From a virus (lineage: Duplodnaviria > Caudoviricetes): a DNA stretch of 57,593 nucleotides. This document shows positions 9,897 to 17,305 of the stretch, one piece after another. The stretch covers positions 1 to 57,593 of IMG/VR virus record IMGVR_UViG_3300033153_010811; one strand, given 5' to 3'. Each line of letters begins with the position of its first letter. The stretch's first letter is position 1. Both the position numbers and the translations under genes were made by a program. The notes under the pieces were generated by a model that searched no databases, was not told the origin of the DNA, and saw only the letters and a program-made list of their open reading frames with translations.

Positions 9897-9979
9897 CATG
9901 CAAATATTGCCTTGAAGCGGAATAATCCTTGACATGACGCGGTATCACAGCCGAGCATGTTCCAAGAGGCTTTTGTATT

Positions 9980-10615
9980 TTGGAGGTTGTGTTGCAATAC
10001 TTAAAAATCAAAAATTGGAAAAAATATCAGCATTATAAAGACCGAAACCCACCTTGGATTAAATTTTACCACTCAATTCTTGATGATTATATTTACTCTT
10101 GCTTGCAAGATGATAGCAAATTGCTACTTATAACATTACTTTTATTAGCGGGGAAAACCAATAATAAAATCCCATATGATATCAAATGGATACAAAATAA
10201 ATCTATGATTAAGAAAAAGATAAATTTAAAAGAATTATTAAGTTCTGGCTTTGTTTTTGTTGATGATGGTGATAGCAATTTGATAGCAGATGAATATCAA
10301 GATGCTACCCTTAGAAGAGAAGAGAAGAGTAAGAGAAGAGAAGAGAAGAAATTTGTACCACCCACCGTTGACGATGTAATAAAATATTTTCAAGAAAATG
10401 GGTATTCCGAAAAATTAGGAAAAAACGCTTTTTATTATTATGAAGAAGGTGATTGGAAAGATAGCCGAGGTCAATCCGTCCGAAACTGGAAACAGAAAAT
10501 GCGCGGGGTTTGGTTTAAGCCAGAGAATAAGCAAAATAACGATGCCGGCAGAGTCCAACCAAAGGAATTTAAAACACCTGATTATCTTAAAAATATAACT
10601 AAAGATATAGGTTAG
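9980..10615 (+). CDS. Phage replication initiator-like protein
   Basis: IKNWKKYQHYKDRNPPWIK N-terminus, REEK linker, FVPPTVDDV...WK C-domain. Confidence 0.7.
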   Translation: MEVVLQYLKIKNWKKYQHYKDRNPPWIKFYHSILDDYIYSCLQDDSKLLLITLLLLAGKTNNKIPYDIKWIQNKSMIKKKINLKELLSSGFVFVDDGDSNLIADEYQDATLRREEKSKRREEKKFVPPTVDDVIKYFQENGYSEKLGKNAFYYYEEGDWKDSRGQSVRNWKQKMRGVWFKPENKQNNDAGRVQPKEFKTPDYLKNITKDIG

Positions 10616-10714
10616 ATTTAATCAACTACGAAATGGCGAAAAGTGAAGAAAAAGCAATAAGAAAATCTTTATTGTTTTTTATCAGGCAAAAACACAATAA
10701 ACAGGAGGTTAGGG

Positions 10715-11032
10715 ATGAATGATGAAGCGGGTTGGAAACTAGTTGGGTTTGCGTTGATGTTATTGAGTGCCGCAATAATGGTATTTTCCATTATCGGGGT
10801 GTATGACTCTTTTTGGCATGTCCCGGCAAAAAACGCAGCGATATATCAACTATCTCAAAAAAATGAATTGTTGCAGGCCGAAAACCGTAAAATGAAAATA
10901 GCTATGCGTTTTGAGAATCTTTTCACAACCTTTGCGAACCCTAATCAAATGATCGACTTCAAAGAACTCGAAAATTACATCTGCGAAAAGCGCGGGTTCT
11001 GTTTAGATCCGGTCGATAAGAGGGTAAAATAA
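10715..11032 (+). CDS. Hypothetical membrane-anchored protein
   Basis: N-terminal TM helix; GGAGG RBS. Confidence 0.65.
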   Translation: MNDEAGWKLVGFALMLLSAAIMVFSIIGVYDSFWHVPAKNAAIYQLSQKNELLQAENRKMKIAMRFENLFTTFANPNQMIDFKELENYICEKRGFCLDPVDKRVK

Positions 11033-11496
11033 TGCGCGTGTTAGCAATAGACCCAGGTCCTGTCGAGTCGGCCTATGTTCAATGGGATGGGGAAAATATT
11101 GAAGGGTTTGGCCTGGAAGATAATGAGGCTATGCTTGATTTAGTAAGTTCGGTCGGGGAAGCTCCTAAAAATATGGTTATCGAACAAGTACGCTCATATG
11201 GGATGCCAGTCGGTGCTACCGTTTTCGACACGGTGTTTTGGACAGGCCGATTTTGCCAGGCCTGGCATGGTGATTTTTGGCTGGTGCCGAGAATAGAAAT
11301 CAAGCAACACATTTGCCATGATTCCAGGGCGAAGGATAGCAATATCAGACAGGCCCTTATTGATAGGTTTGAGCCAGATTTAAAACCGCGACAAAGACCT
11401 AAAGGAATTTTAAAGGGTGTTAAAAAAGACATCTGGCAAGCATTTGCCTTAGCGGTTTTTTTTGTGGACGTGCGAAGTAATCAGGTGCGATTGTAA
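11032..11496 (+). CDS. RuvC-like Holliday junction resolvase
   Basis: VLAIDPG, VIEQ, D.WQAFALA RNase H-fold motifs. Confidence 0.8.
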   Translation: MRVLAIDPGPVESAYVQWDGENIEGFGLEDNEAMLDLVSSVGEAPKNMVIEQVRSYGMPVGATVFDTVFWTGRFCQAWHGDFWLVPRIEIKQHICHDSRAKDSNIRQALIDRFEPDLKPRQRPKGILKGVKKDIWQAFALAVFFVDVRSNQVRL

Positions 11497-11501
11497 ATAT
11501 A

Positions 11502-11722
11502 TGCGAGCCAACGAAAAACTGAAACCTACTGGCGGTGTGCGAGCCAATATAAAAATAAAGCCCAGGTATGGATTGCGAGCCATTACATTTTTGAAACCCA
11601 GTGAAAGCATGCGAGCCAACATTGTATTAAAACCCATACGATCTATGCGAGCCATCTCGATATTGAAACCCAAGCCCAATGTGCGAGCCAGCAGATGCTT
11701 GAAATCCACAAAATTGATGCGA
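11502..11722 (+). ncRNA. TIGR-like guide array 1 (6 x 36-nt units)
   Basis: TGCGAGCCA at 11502, 11538, 11574, 11610, 11646, 11682, each followed by N9, a TGAAACCCA-like loop repeat and N9; terminal TGCGA at 11718. Confidence 0.9.
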
Positions 11723-11751
11723 AAACTTAACCCAAAAAAAGGAGAATAATT

Positions 11752-12378
11752 ATGCAATTCAAAATTGAAGAATTAAAAAAACGGTACGACAAAAAGAGTG
11801 TGGGGCAATGTGTCGCTGAAGCGAAAAGCCTTAACGAAAAAATGATCCAGCGAGGGGAGGAACTTGTCAGCTTACTCTGGTATCTCGAAAAAACCAAGCG
11901 ATTTCGCGAGTACAAAGGGTATGAGAAAATTGCTTTCAATGTTTTTGTCTTTGAAGTTTGCCACATTCCATACAACCGCTATAGGCAGCTTGCTTATGCT
12001 TACAATTGGTACCCCGTAGAATCGAGGGAATACGGTCCCCAGACCATTCAGAGGATTAGAAGTAAGGTCGGGGTTGTAAAAATCCCGAAGGTGCTGGGCG
12101 AAATTAAGAAAAAGGTTAGTAAAATAACGGCACCAGAGAAAAAACGAGAGGCGATTGAACAGGTTATTAAAAAATACGCGCCTCCGAAAAAAACTATCCC
12201 ATCGACCGATACGAAAGCATATTGGAAAAGCAAGTATGAGGAATTGTTGGAAAAGTATAAATTTCTCGAAAAAGAGAACGATGAAATGCGCAAACAATTA
12301 GCAAGGCAAAGAGTACCGCTGGAAAATTTCATGAAGATCCGGAACCTCATTCAAGAGGATTCGGTTCTATTACAGTAG
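11752..12378 (+). CDS. Unknown protein embedded between TIGR arrays (possible HTH plus C-terminal coiled coil)
   Basis: AGGAG RBS; GYEKIAFNVFVFEVCHIPYNRYRQL resembles DUF3102-like HTH segments (weak). Confidence 0.75.
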   Translation: MQFKIEELKKRYDKKSVGQCVAEAKSLNEKMIQRGEELVSLLWYLEKTKRFREYKGYEKIAFNVFVFEVCHIPYNRYRQLAYAYNWYPVESREYGPQTIQRIRSKVGVVKIPKVLGEIKKKVSKITAPEKKREAIEQVIKKYAPPKKTIPSTDTKAYWKSKYEELLEKYKFLEKENDEMRKQLARQRVPLENFMKIRNLIQEDSVLLQ

Positions 12379-12383
12379 AGTAG

Positions 12384-12499
12384 CACAAGCCGTCTCAATC
12401 ATAAAACCCAACGGAGCAATGCGAGCCAAAAAAGCCTTACTGAAACCCGTGGGTTACATGCGAGCCAAGGGGTGTTTGAAACCCACCGAATTGATGCGA
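12384..12499 (+). ncRNA. TIGR-like guide array 2 (3 units, one with a 12-nt spacer A)
   Basis: Degenerate first edge CACAAGCCG, edges at 12420 and 12459, terminal TGCGA at 12495; loop repeats at 12402, 12441, 12477. Confidence 0.85.
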
Positions 12500-12528
12500 A
12501 ACCATAACCCAAAAAAAGGAGAAAAATT

Positions 12529-13386
12529 ATGAACACCAAATGGAACGAAATATCGAACGAATTAAACTATGCGATTAAGAATTACAATGGTATAGTAAAA
12601 CAGATCGTACAGATCAAAAACCGAGCACATGCTTATGGGATTGACCCGAAACACGAAGTTCTAATCCATGGCAAGATCGCAAAAGACGGCACTTCCAGAA
12701 TGCAGGGCCTGGAATCATTGAAGGGTGTGGCAGCGCGAAAGATCGGTCGAATCCTGAAGGACTTCCCGATCTGGACCGAATGGCTTGACAATGTTCCGGG
12801 GATCGGTATGGTCATCGGCGGGCAGCTTATAGCACTTTATTATTTTAAGAATATCCCGATCTGCTCTAAATGCGGCGCTGACCTGAACGATAATTTCGAT
12901 TGCCCCATCTGCACAATGAAGGCGAAAGGACAGGGTATCCTTAAGTTCAGAGTGGAGCTTCGAGACTTCCCGACAATATCAAGCTGGTGGCATTTCATGG
13001 GCCGGCACGTAATAAAGGGGAAAATACCAACAAAAGGAAATGTTAAAAAACTAAAGGCCGGCGATTCGGGAAAGCTGGTCGATTGGTCATTCAGTGGTAA
13101 GAAGTTAGGATACGATTTTAAGGAGTCAATCAATAAAATGCCCAGCGACAACAAATACAAAGCATACGCAGAAAAACGAAAGCGGTACCGTGAGGAAACA
13201 CACCCGAACGCCACAAAGGGACACCGCCATAACATGGCATGGAACGAGGCCTGGAAGTTGTTCCTATCGCATTTTTGGCAGGTCGATCATATACTGAGCG
13301 GTGCAGAGATGACTAAGCCGTGGTGTGTTCAACACGGGGGGCATGACCAGAGTTCGATAATCCGACCGTTTTATTTTGAAACTTAA
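12529..13386 (+). CDS. tasA: Nop/IS110-like RNA-binding domain protein, TasA-like (no nuclease domain), with CxxC-CxxC insertion
   Basis: WLDNVPGIGMVIGGQLIA and FPTISSWWHFMG match IS110/Nop-domain motifs; C-terminal GHRHNMAWNEAWKLFLSHFW helix; flanked by 36-nt dual-repeat arrays. Confidence 0.8.
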   Translation: MNTKWNEISNELNYAIKNYNGIVKQIVQIKNRAHAYGIDPKHEVLIHGKIAKDGTSRMQGLESLKGVAARKIGRILKDFPIWTEWLDNVPGIGMVIGGQLIALYYFKNIPICSKCGADLNDNFDCPICTMKAKGQGILKFRVELRDFPTISSWWHFMGRHVIKGKIPTKGNVKKLKAGDSGKLVDWSFSGKKLGYDFKESINKMPSDNKYKAYAEKRKRYREETHPNATKGHRHNMAWNEAWKLFLSHFWQVDHILSGAEMTKPWCVQHGGHDQSSIIRPFYFET

Positions 13387-13396
13387 TTATAAAATA

Positions 13397-13689
13397 TGCG
13401 AGCCACGCCGCGCCTGGAACCCAAAGGAAATGTGCGAGCCATTTTCAATTTGAAACCCACTTGACATATGCGAGCCGGTCGCTAATTGAAGCCCAAAGAT
13501 CGAATGCGAGCCATTACTTCTCTGAAACCCAGCGAAACGGTGCGAGCCAAAGAGCTGTTGAAACCCGTGGGTTACATGCGAGCCATGAGAGGCGTGAAAA
13601 CTACTGAGATGATGCGAGCCAAGAATTGTTTGAAACCCATTGATGTCGTGCGAGCCACCACCATCTTGAAACCCATTGGCGGCATGCGA
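13397..13689 (+). ncRNA. TIGR-like guide array 3 (8 x 36-nt units)
   Basis: Edge repeats at 13397, 13433, 13469, 13505, 13541, 13577, 13613, 13649; terminal TGCGA at 13685. Confidence 0.9.
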
Positions 13690-13695
13690 CCTCAC

Positions 13696-13747
13696 CCCAA
13701 AAACCCCCTGAGAAGCCCTCAGAGGCTTTTCTCGGGGTTTTTTTGGG
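13696..13747. terminator. Bidirectional intrinsic terminator closing the TIGR locus
   Basis: AAAAACCCC-CTGAGAAG...CTTTTCTC-GGGGTTTTTTT hairpin between convergent units. Confidence 0.75.
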
Positions 13748-13799
13748 ATAGGTAAGGGGAGAGATAGGTAAGAGTAAAAGGGTCCTTAAAAAAGCCGCC

Positions 13800-14519
13800 C
13801 TAATTTTTAATAAAAACGCATTCTTTCGGACGGTTTTTCCTAACATTTTTCCCCCGAAGTCCCTGATCAATATCTGTCAGCCTAGTAAATGGCAGCCAAT
13901 TCGCTGATTCATTTTCGCAGCAAATTATTTGGCCGCGCCGAGATTTAACCCATGTGGCGAGTTTATGATAATTTAATTTATTTTCCGTATATAATCTCCC
14001 GGGCGTGTCTTGATACGGAGGATCGATGAACCATGTTGCGGTAATATTTGGAGCATCTTCGTATGATCTATGTAAAATTTTCCAGTGTTGTATTTTTGGA
14101 TGCCAGAATTTTATTTTTAAAATTGTGTTATGATACCAATGTTTTACTGCTATTTTAGTAATTGTATTGACTTTTACATTAAGCCCGCCTGTGCCAATAT
14201 TAGCGGACATTCTGAGGATATTTTTAAGACCTTGAGGGAAATCATCAAAATATTTAATATCATTGATTTTATCCCCAGCATTTACTTTTTTGGGAATTTT
14301 GTTAATATAATTTAACGCATCTTGCGATTTAACGAAATTCCATGCCTCTATTGTTTTTAGGTTCGTATCAAGTAAAATAATATTATGTTTATACCACCGC
14401 AAAGAATAAGCAGCCCCACCGGCAAATGGTTCGATTATAGTTTTATGTTTTGGTGGGGGATATTTGTTTACCAACATTCCTTTCCCCCCGTAATAATTGA
14501 AAACAATTCTATGTTTCAA
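13800..14519 (-). CDS. D12-class (Dam-like) N6-adenine DNA methyltransferase
   Basis: YYGGK, IEPFAGGA, FIDPPY. Confidence 0.9.
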   Translation of the reverse strand: MKHRIVFNYYGGKGMLVNKYPPPKHKTIIEPFAGGAAYSLRWYKHNIILLDTNLKTIEAWNFVKSQDALNYINKIPKKVNAGDKINDIKYFDDFPQGLKNILRMSANIGTGGLNVKVNTITKIAVKHWYHNTILKIKFWHPKIQHWKILHRSYEDAPNITATWFIDPPYQDTPGRLYTENKLNYHKLATWVKSRRGQIICCENESANWLPFTRLTDIDQGLRGKNVRKNRPKECVFIKN

Positions 14520-14520
14520 T

Positions 14521-14712
14521 TTATATCTCCTTCCCCCATTTTTTTAACATTTCCTCTTGCGATAATTCGATGCATCGGTCACAGACACACAGATTAATCG
14601 TCGCCTCTCCATCTGTGAATGATACCCGGTATTTTACTGGGCGTTCCTTGCAAACATAGCAAGTGTCGTTGATGTTTATTTTTTTAATCGTCTTGTTGGT
14701 CATTTCTATCAT
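14521..14712 (-). CDS. Small Zn-finger protein
   Basis: CYVC...CDRC; GGAGG RBS before ATG 14712. Confidence 0.6.
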   Translation of the reverse strand: MIEMTNKTIKKININDTCYVCKERPVKYRVSFTDGEATINLCVCDRCIELSQEEMLKKWGKEI

Positions 14713-14725
14713 AACATCCTCCCTT

Positions 14726-14811
14726 GAAAATAAAAAAGGCGTACTATCCTGCAATATGGACAGTACGCCTGTGATTTGCCAAGATTATTCTTGGCGGTTC
14801 GATGGCGGTTA
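14726..14811 (-). repeat. Dispersed two-hairpin/terminator element, copy 2
   Basis: Homologous to 6435-6518. Confidence 0.75.
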
Positions 14812-15417
14812 GGTTAAGTTAGTCCAGAATTTCCCGCAATTAATGCAGGCCATACAATCTCGGGCCTGCTGCTGTGGTCGACTATTGGAAAAAACCAGTA
14901 CGCCATTTCCTTGGATAATGGCGTGCTGAAAACGTCTCCCGCACCCGCAATACATTGCGGGAGGTACCTCTTTCGGGGCTTGGAAGGATTTGTACTTCCT
15001 CACTCCCAAAAGAGCTGCGACCTCCTCAATAAGTTCAGGGTCGCGACACTTGTTGAGCGCATCTCGGACCTGCCGGATGCGCCTTTTCTGGATAGATTCT
15101 TTTTCAAAAGAGCCTATCCAATCCCAGACCCTTTCGATCAAAGCTTCAGCCTCTTCCAGACTGAGGCTTTGTATCGGGCTGAGGGCCTCGAGCACGATCC
15201 CGTGCCAGATATGGCTCTCCAAATATACTGAGTAATTTGGAAAATCTCTTTTCACGTCCTCACTTCCAAACGGAAGCTGGACGCGTCCCCAACCTTTGGG
15301 ATGACTGGCCTGCCTGATCAGAACAAGCCAGCCATCCTTTCTTGAGACAGAATTGCTGTCTCGTTTTGCCTCGACAGCAATCCCGCCAAAGTTACCGGTA
15401 TTGTTACTCCATTCCAT
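14809..15417 (-). CDS. Hypothetical protein (start MEWSNN)
   Basis: AGGAGG RBS before ATG 15417; Cys-rich C-terminus. Confidence 0.65.
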   Translation of the reverse strand: MEWSNNTGNFGGIAVEAKRDSNSVSRKDGWLVLIRQASHPKGWGRVQLPFGSEDVKRDFPNYSVYLESHIWHGIVLEALSPIQSLSLEEAEALIERVWDWIGSFEKESIQKRRIRQVRDALNKCRDPELIEEVAALLGVRKYKSFQAPKEVPPAMYCGCGRRFQHAIIQGNGVLVFSNSRPQQQARDCMACINCGKFWTNLT

Positions 15418-15429
15418 TCTTGCCTCCTT

Positions 15430-15488
15430 TTGCCCCGGCTTAGGGCTTTCGTTACCCGGTTCAGCGTTCCCCTTGACCGGGTTGAAAT
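15430..15488 (-). repeat. Start-associated leader repeat, diverged copy
   Basis: TGCCCCGGCTTAGGGCTTTCGTTACCCGGTTCAGCGTTCCCCTTGACCGGGTTGAAAT. Confidence 0.8.
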
Positions 15489-15493
15489 AATAA

Positions 15494-15652
15494 TTATGAA
15501 TAATTGGCAATTTCCTCCCCCGTCTCAACATCGACGAGGAGAATGTAGCCGGCATGGCCATACCGGGAATATCGGTAGGCCTCTGCCGCTCTTAAGGTGT
15601 CGCAATCCTTGTAGGATTGCCAGTCCTCACTAAAAACCCTAAACTTTCTCAT
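15494..15652 (-). CDS. Small hypothetical protein (MRKFRVF...)
   Basis: AGGAGG RBS before ATG 15652. Confidence 0.6.
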   Translation of the reverse strand: MRKFRVFSEDWQSYKDCDTLRAAEAYRYSRYGHAGYILLVDVETGEEIANYS

Positions 15653-15674
15653 TAGCCTTCCTCCTGCGAAGTCT

Positions 15675-15872
15675 TCACCGGTTAGATATATATTGTCCTT
15701 TTTCATAATCATATTTTCCAGCGGCGGTATCTTTTGCAACCTGGTCCGCCTCCTCAAAAGTATTGAAAGAACGGAAGCTACTAATTCGCCTAACAATATT
15801 GTGAGGTTTATTCCCGTGAGCCATACCGCAGGCCCACTTATTGCCGTAAGCAATTGCCATATAATATTTCAT
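15675..15872 (-). CDS. Small hypothetical protein (MKYYMAI...)
   Basis: GGAGG RBS directly after leader repeat. Confidence 0.6.
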   Translation of the reverse strand: MKYYMAIAYGNKWACGMAHGNKPHNIVRRISSFRSFNTFEEADQVAKDTAAGKYDYEKGQYISNR

Positions 15873-15882
15873 GGCTCCTCCC

Positions 15883-15941
15883 TTGCCCTGGCTTAAGGCT
15901 TTTGTTCCCGGCCAGCGTTCCCCTTGACCGGGTTGAAATGA
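15883..15941 (-). repeat. Start-associated leader repeat
   Basis: TTGCCCTGGCTTAAGGCTTTTGTTCCCGGCCAGCGTTCCCCTTGACCGG identical to 17040-17088. Confidence 0.85.
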
Positions 15942-15993
15942 TACAATGAGGTGCATGACGTTCAATCGGTTAAACCGACGAAGTCTTCACCTC

Positions 15994-16194
15994 TTATTCT
16001 TCCGCTGACCGGCACATTCCCGACACAGATACTGCCGGATAACCCATACCGGGGTACAGGGTACAGGTTATACAGCCGCACTCCGCGCAACGCTCTGCGC
16101 CACGGGAGTGCAGATATTCCCGATGTTCTCTGGTCGCTTGCGTTACGGCATCTTCCGACCGTGCAACCCCTATTTCATACATCGTCTCATTCAT
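15994..16194 (-). CDS. Small Cys-containing hypothetical protein
   Basis: GGAGG RBS; CAECGC. Confidence 0.55.
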   Translation of the reverse strand: MNETMYEIGVARSEDAVTQATREHREYLHSRGAERCAECGCITCTLYPGMGYPAVSVSGMCRSAEE

Positions 16195-16529
16195 TTTTTT
16201 ACCTCCTTTCCAAAAATAAAAATGCCGCAAATATTTTCAACCTCGATATCTATCGATTTCCCGACGGTATGCCAGGTTCGAGGTCGGTTGTATTTGCGGC
16301 AAATACAATTTTTTGTCCGGTACCAGCCCTGTGTTGATGCCGGACGCTCGATTATAATAATCCCGGTGACGCCCGTACGGGCACCCTCTGCGGCGGTTAT
16401 CCGGGGTACGCCCTCGGAAAAATACACACCAGTACCCTCAGCGCCTTGCGGCCCGGGATTTAATCTAATAACGTCTCCGGGTGAGACGAATTTAAGCTTG
16501 TCCCACCCGGAGACGTGGTACAATTTCAT
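16191..16529 (-). CDS. Hypothetical protein, possible ADP-ribosyltransferase-like fold
   Basis: MKLYHVS...GTGVYFS pattern; GAGG RBS. Confidence 0.5.
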   Translation of the reverse strand: MKLYHVSGWDKLKFVSPGDVIRLNPGPQGAEGTGVYFSEGVPRITAAEGARTGVTGIIIIERPASTQGWYRTKNCICRKYNRPRTWHTVGKSIDIEVENICGIFIFGKEVKK

Positions 16530-16557
16530 ACTACCTCTCCAATGACCGGGTTGAAAT

Positions 16558-16602
16558 GAAAATAAAAAAGGCGCACTATCCATATTGCAGGATAGTGCGC
16601 CT
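16558..16602 (-). terminator. Terminator hairpin, copy 3 of dispersed element
   Basis: Perfect 13-bp stem AGGCGCACTATCC/GGATAGTGCGCCT plus minus-strand U-run. Confidence 0.8.
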
Positions 16603-16606
16603 TGAA

Positions 16607-17023
16607 TTACCTCCCCAATGACCGGCAGCCGACAATTCTGCCGGTCTCATCCCGCACAACTTCTGCCGGGACGAGTAAATCATCCCGATCGGGCAGTGCG
16701 GACTTGACGAGCTGACTGACGATATAATACACGTCAGGCTCGTCAACCGTACCTGCTCCGCAATGGGGGCAGGTATCCGGGCTATGTATGTCCCCCGGAT
16801 CATTCTTTCCGCACTCCAGGCAGCGAGTATGAAAAGAAATATCCGGCAATCCGACGGGATCGCCGAATTTGGTGACGGAGGTTGGAATTCCGTCGATTTC
16901 GGCGGCCGGAACCGTTTCGACCGCCAACCGGATTTGCCCGACGCTTTCAAATCGGGCAAATTCGTTACCCTCCTCATCCAACATGTTTATCGGATGAGGG
17001 GTCATGTTAACTATTTTATGCAT
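16607..17023 (-). CDS. Conserved-type hypothetical protein with Zn-ribbon insert
   Basis: NMTPHPI...YIVSQLV...RDDLLVP...VRD..G.IVGC; CLEC...CPHC insert. Confidence 0.7.
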   Translation of the reverse strand: MHKIVNMTPHPINMLDEEGNEFARFESVGQIRLAVETVPAAEIDGIPTSVTKFGDPVGLPDISFHTRCLECGKNDPGDIHSPDTCPHCGAGTVDEPDVYYIVSQLVKSALPDRDDLLVPAEVVRDETGRIVGCRSLGR

Positions 17024-17039
17024 TTTTCCCCCCTTTTTT

Positions 17040-17088
17040 TTGCCCTGGCTTAAGGCTTTTGTTCCCGGCCAGCGTTCCCCTTGACCGG
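17040..17088 (-). repeat. Start-associated leader repeat
   Basis: 49-bp identity to 15883-15931. Confidence 0.85.
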
Positions 17089-17259
17089 TGCCTGAATCTC
17101 AACCTTTACGTAGGTGTCAGGATTATACCCAACACCTATCTCGTTGAGATAGGCCCTGATCTCGTCTTCCAAGTCACTATCATGGAAGACATTATCGATT
17201 TCAATATTCCTGGGCTCTTTCCCAGGATATTGAATGGTGTAAATGGTGTAACTGGTCAT
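17050..17259 (-). CDS. Hypothetical protein, first gene after the sigma54 promoter
   Basis: AGGAGG RBS. Confidence 0.65.
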   Translation of the reverse strand: MTSYTIYTIQYPGKEPRNIEIDNVFHDSDLEDEIRAYLNEIGVGYNPDTYVKVEIQAPVKGNAGREQKP

Positions 17260-17305
17260 TTTTCCCCTCCTTTTGTGTTGTTGTTTTCATTTGCCTATTT
17301 GATAC

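Noticed and set aside
10313-10350. AGAAG repeats as replication iterons
   Set aside because: Explained by the low-complexity REEK linker; origin function not supportable
11449-11757. ORFs 11449..11757(-) and 11462..11749(+)
   Set aside because: Artefacts of the 36-nt repeat period (recurring MRA...LKP); they coincide with array 1
12529-13386. IS110 transposase / insertion sequence
   Set aside because: No N-terminal DEDD RuvC-like domain or SG catalytic motif seen; array context fits Tas
11502-13689. CRISPR array interpretation
   Set aside because: Two alternating 9-nt repeats with 9-nt spacers and no cas genes; does not fit CRISPR geometry
13387-13755. ORFs 13387..13695(-) and 13486..13755(+)
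   Set aside because: Same artefact over array 3
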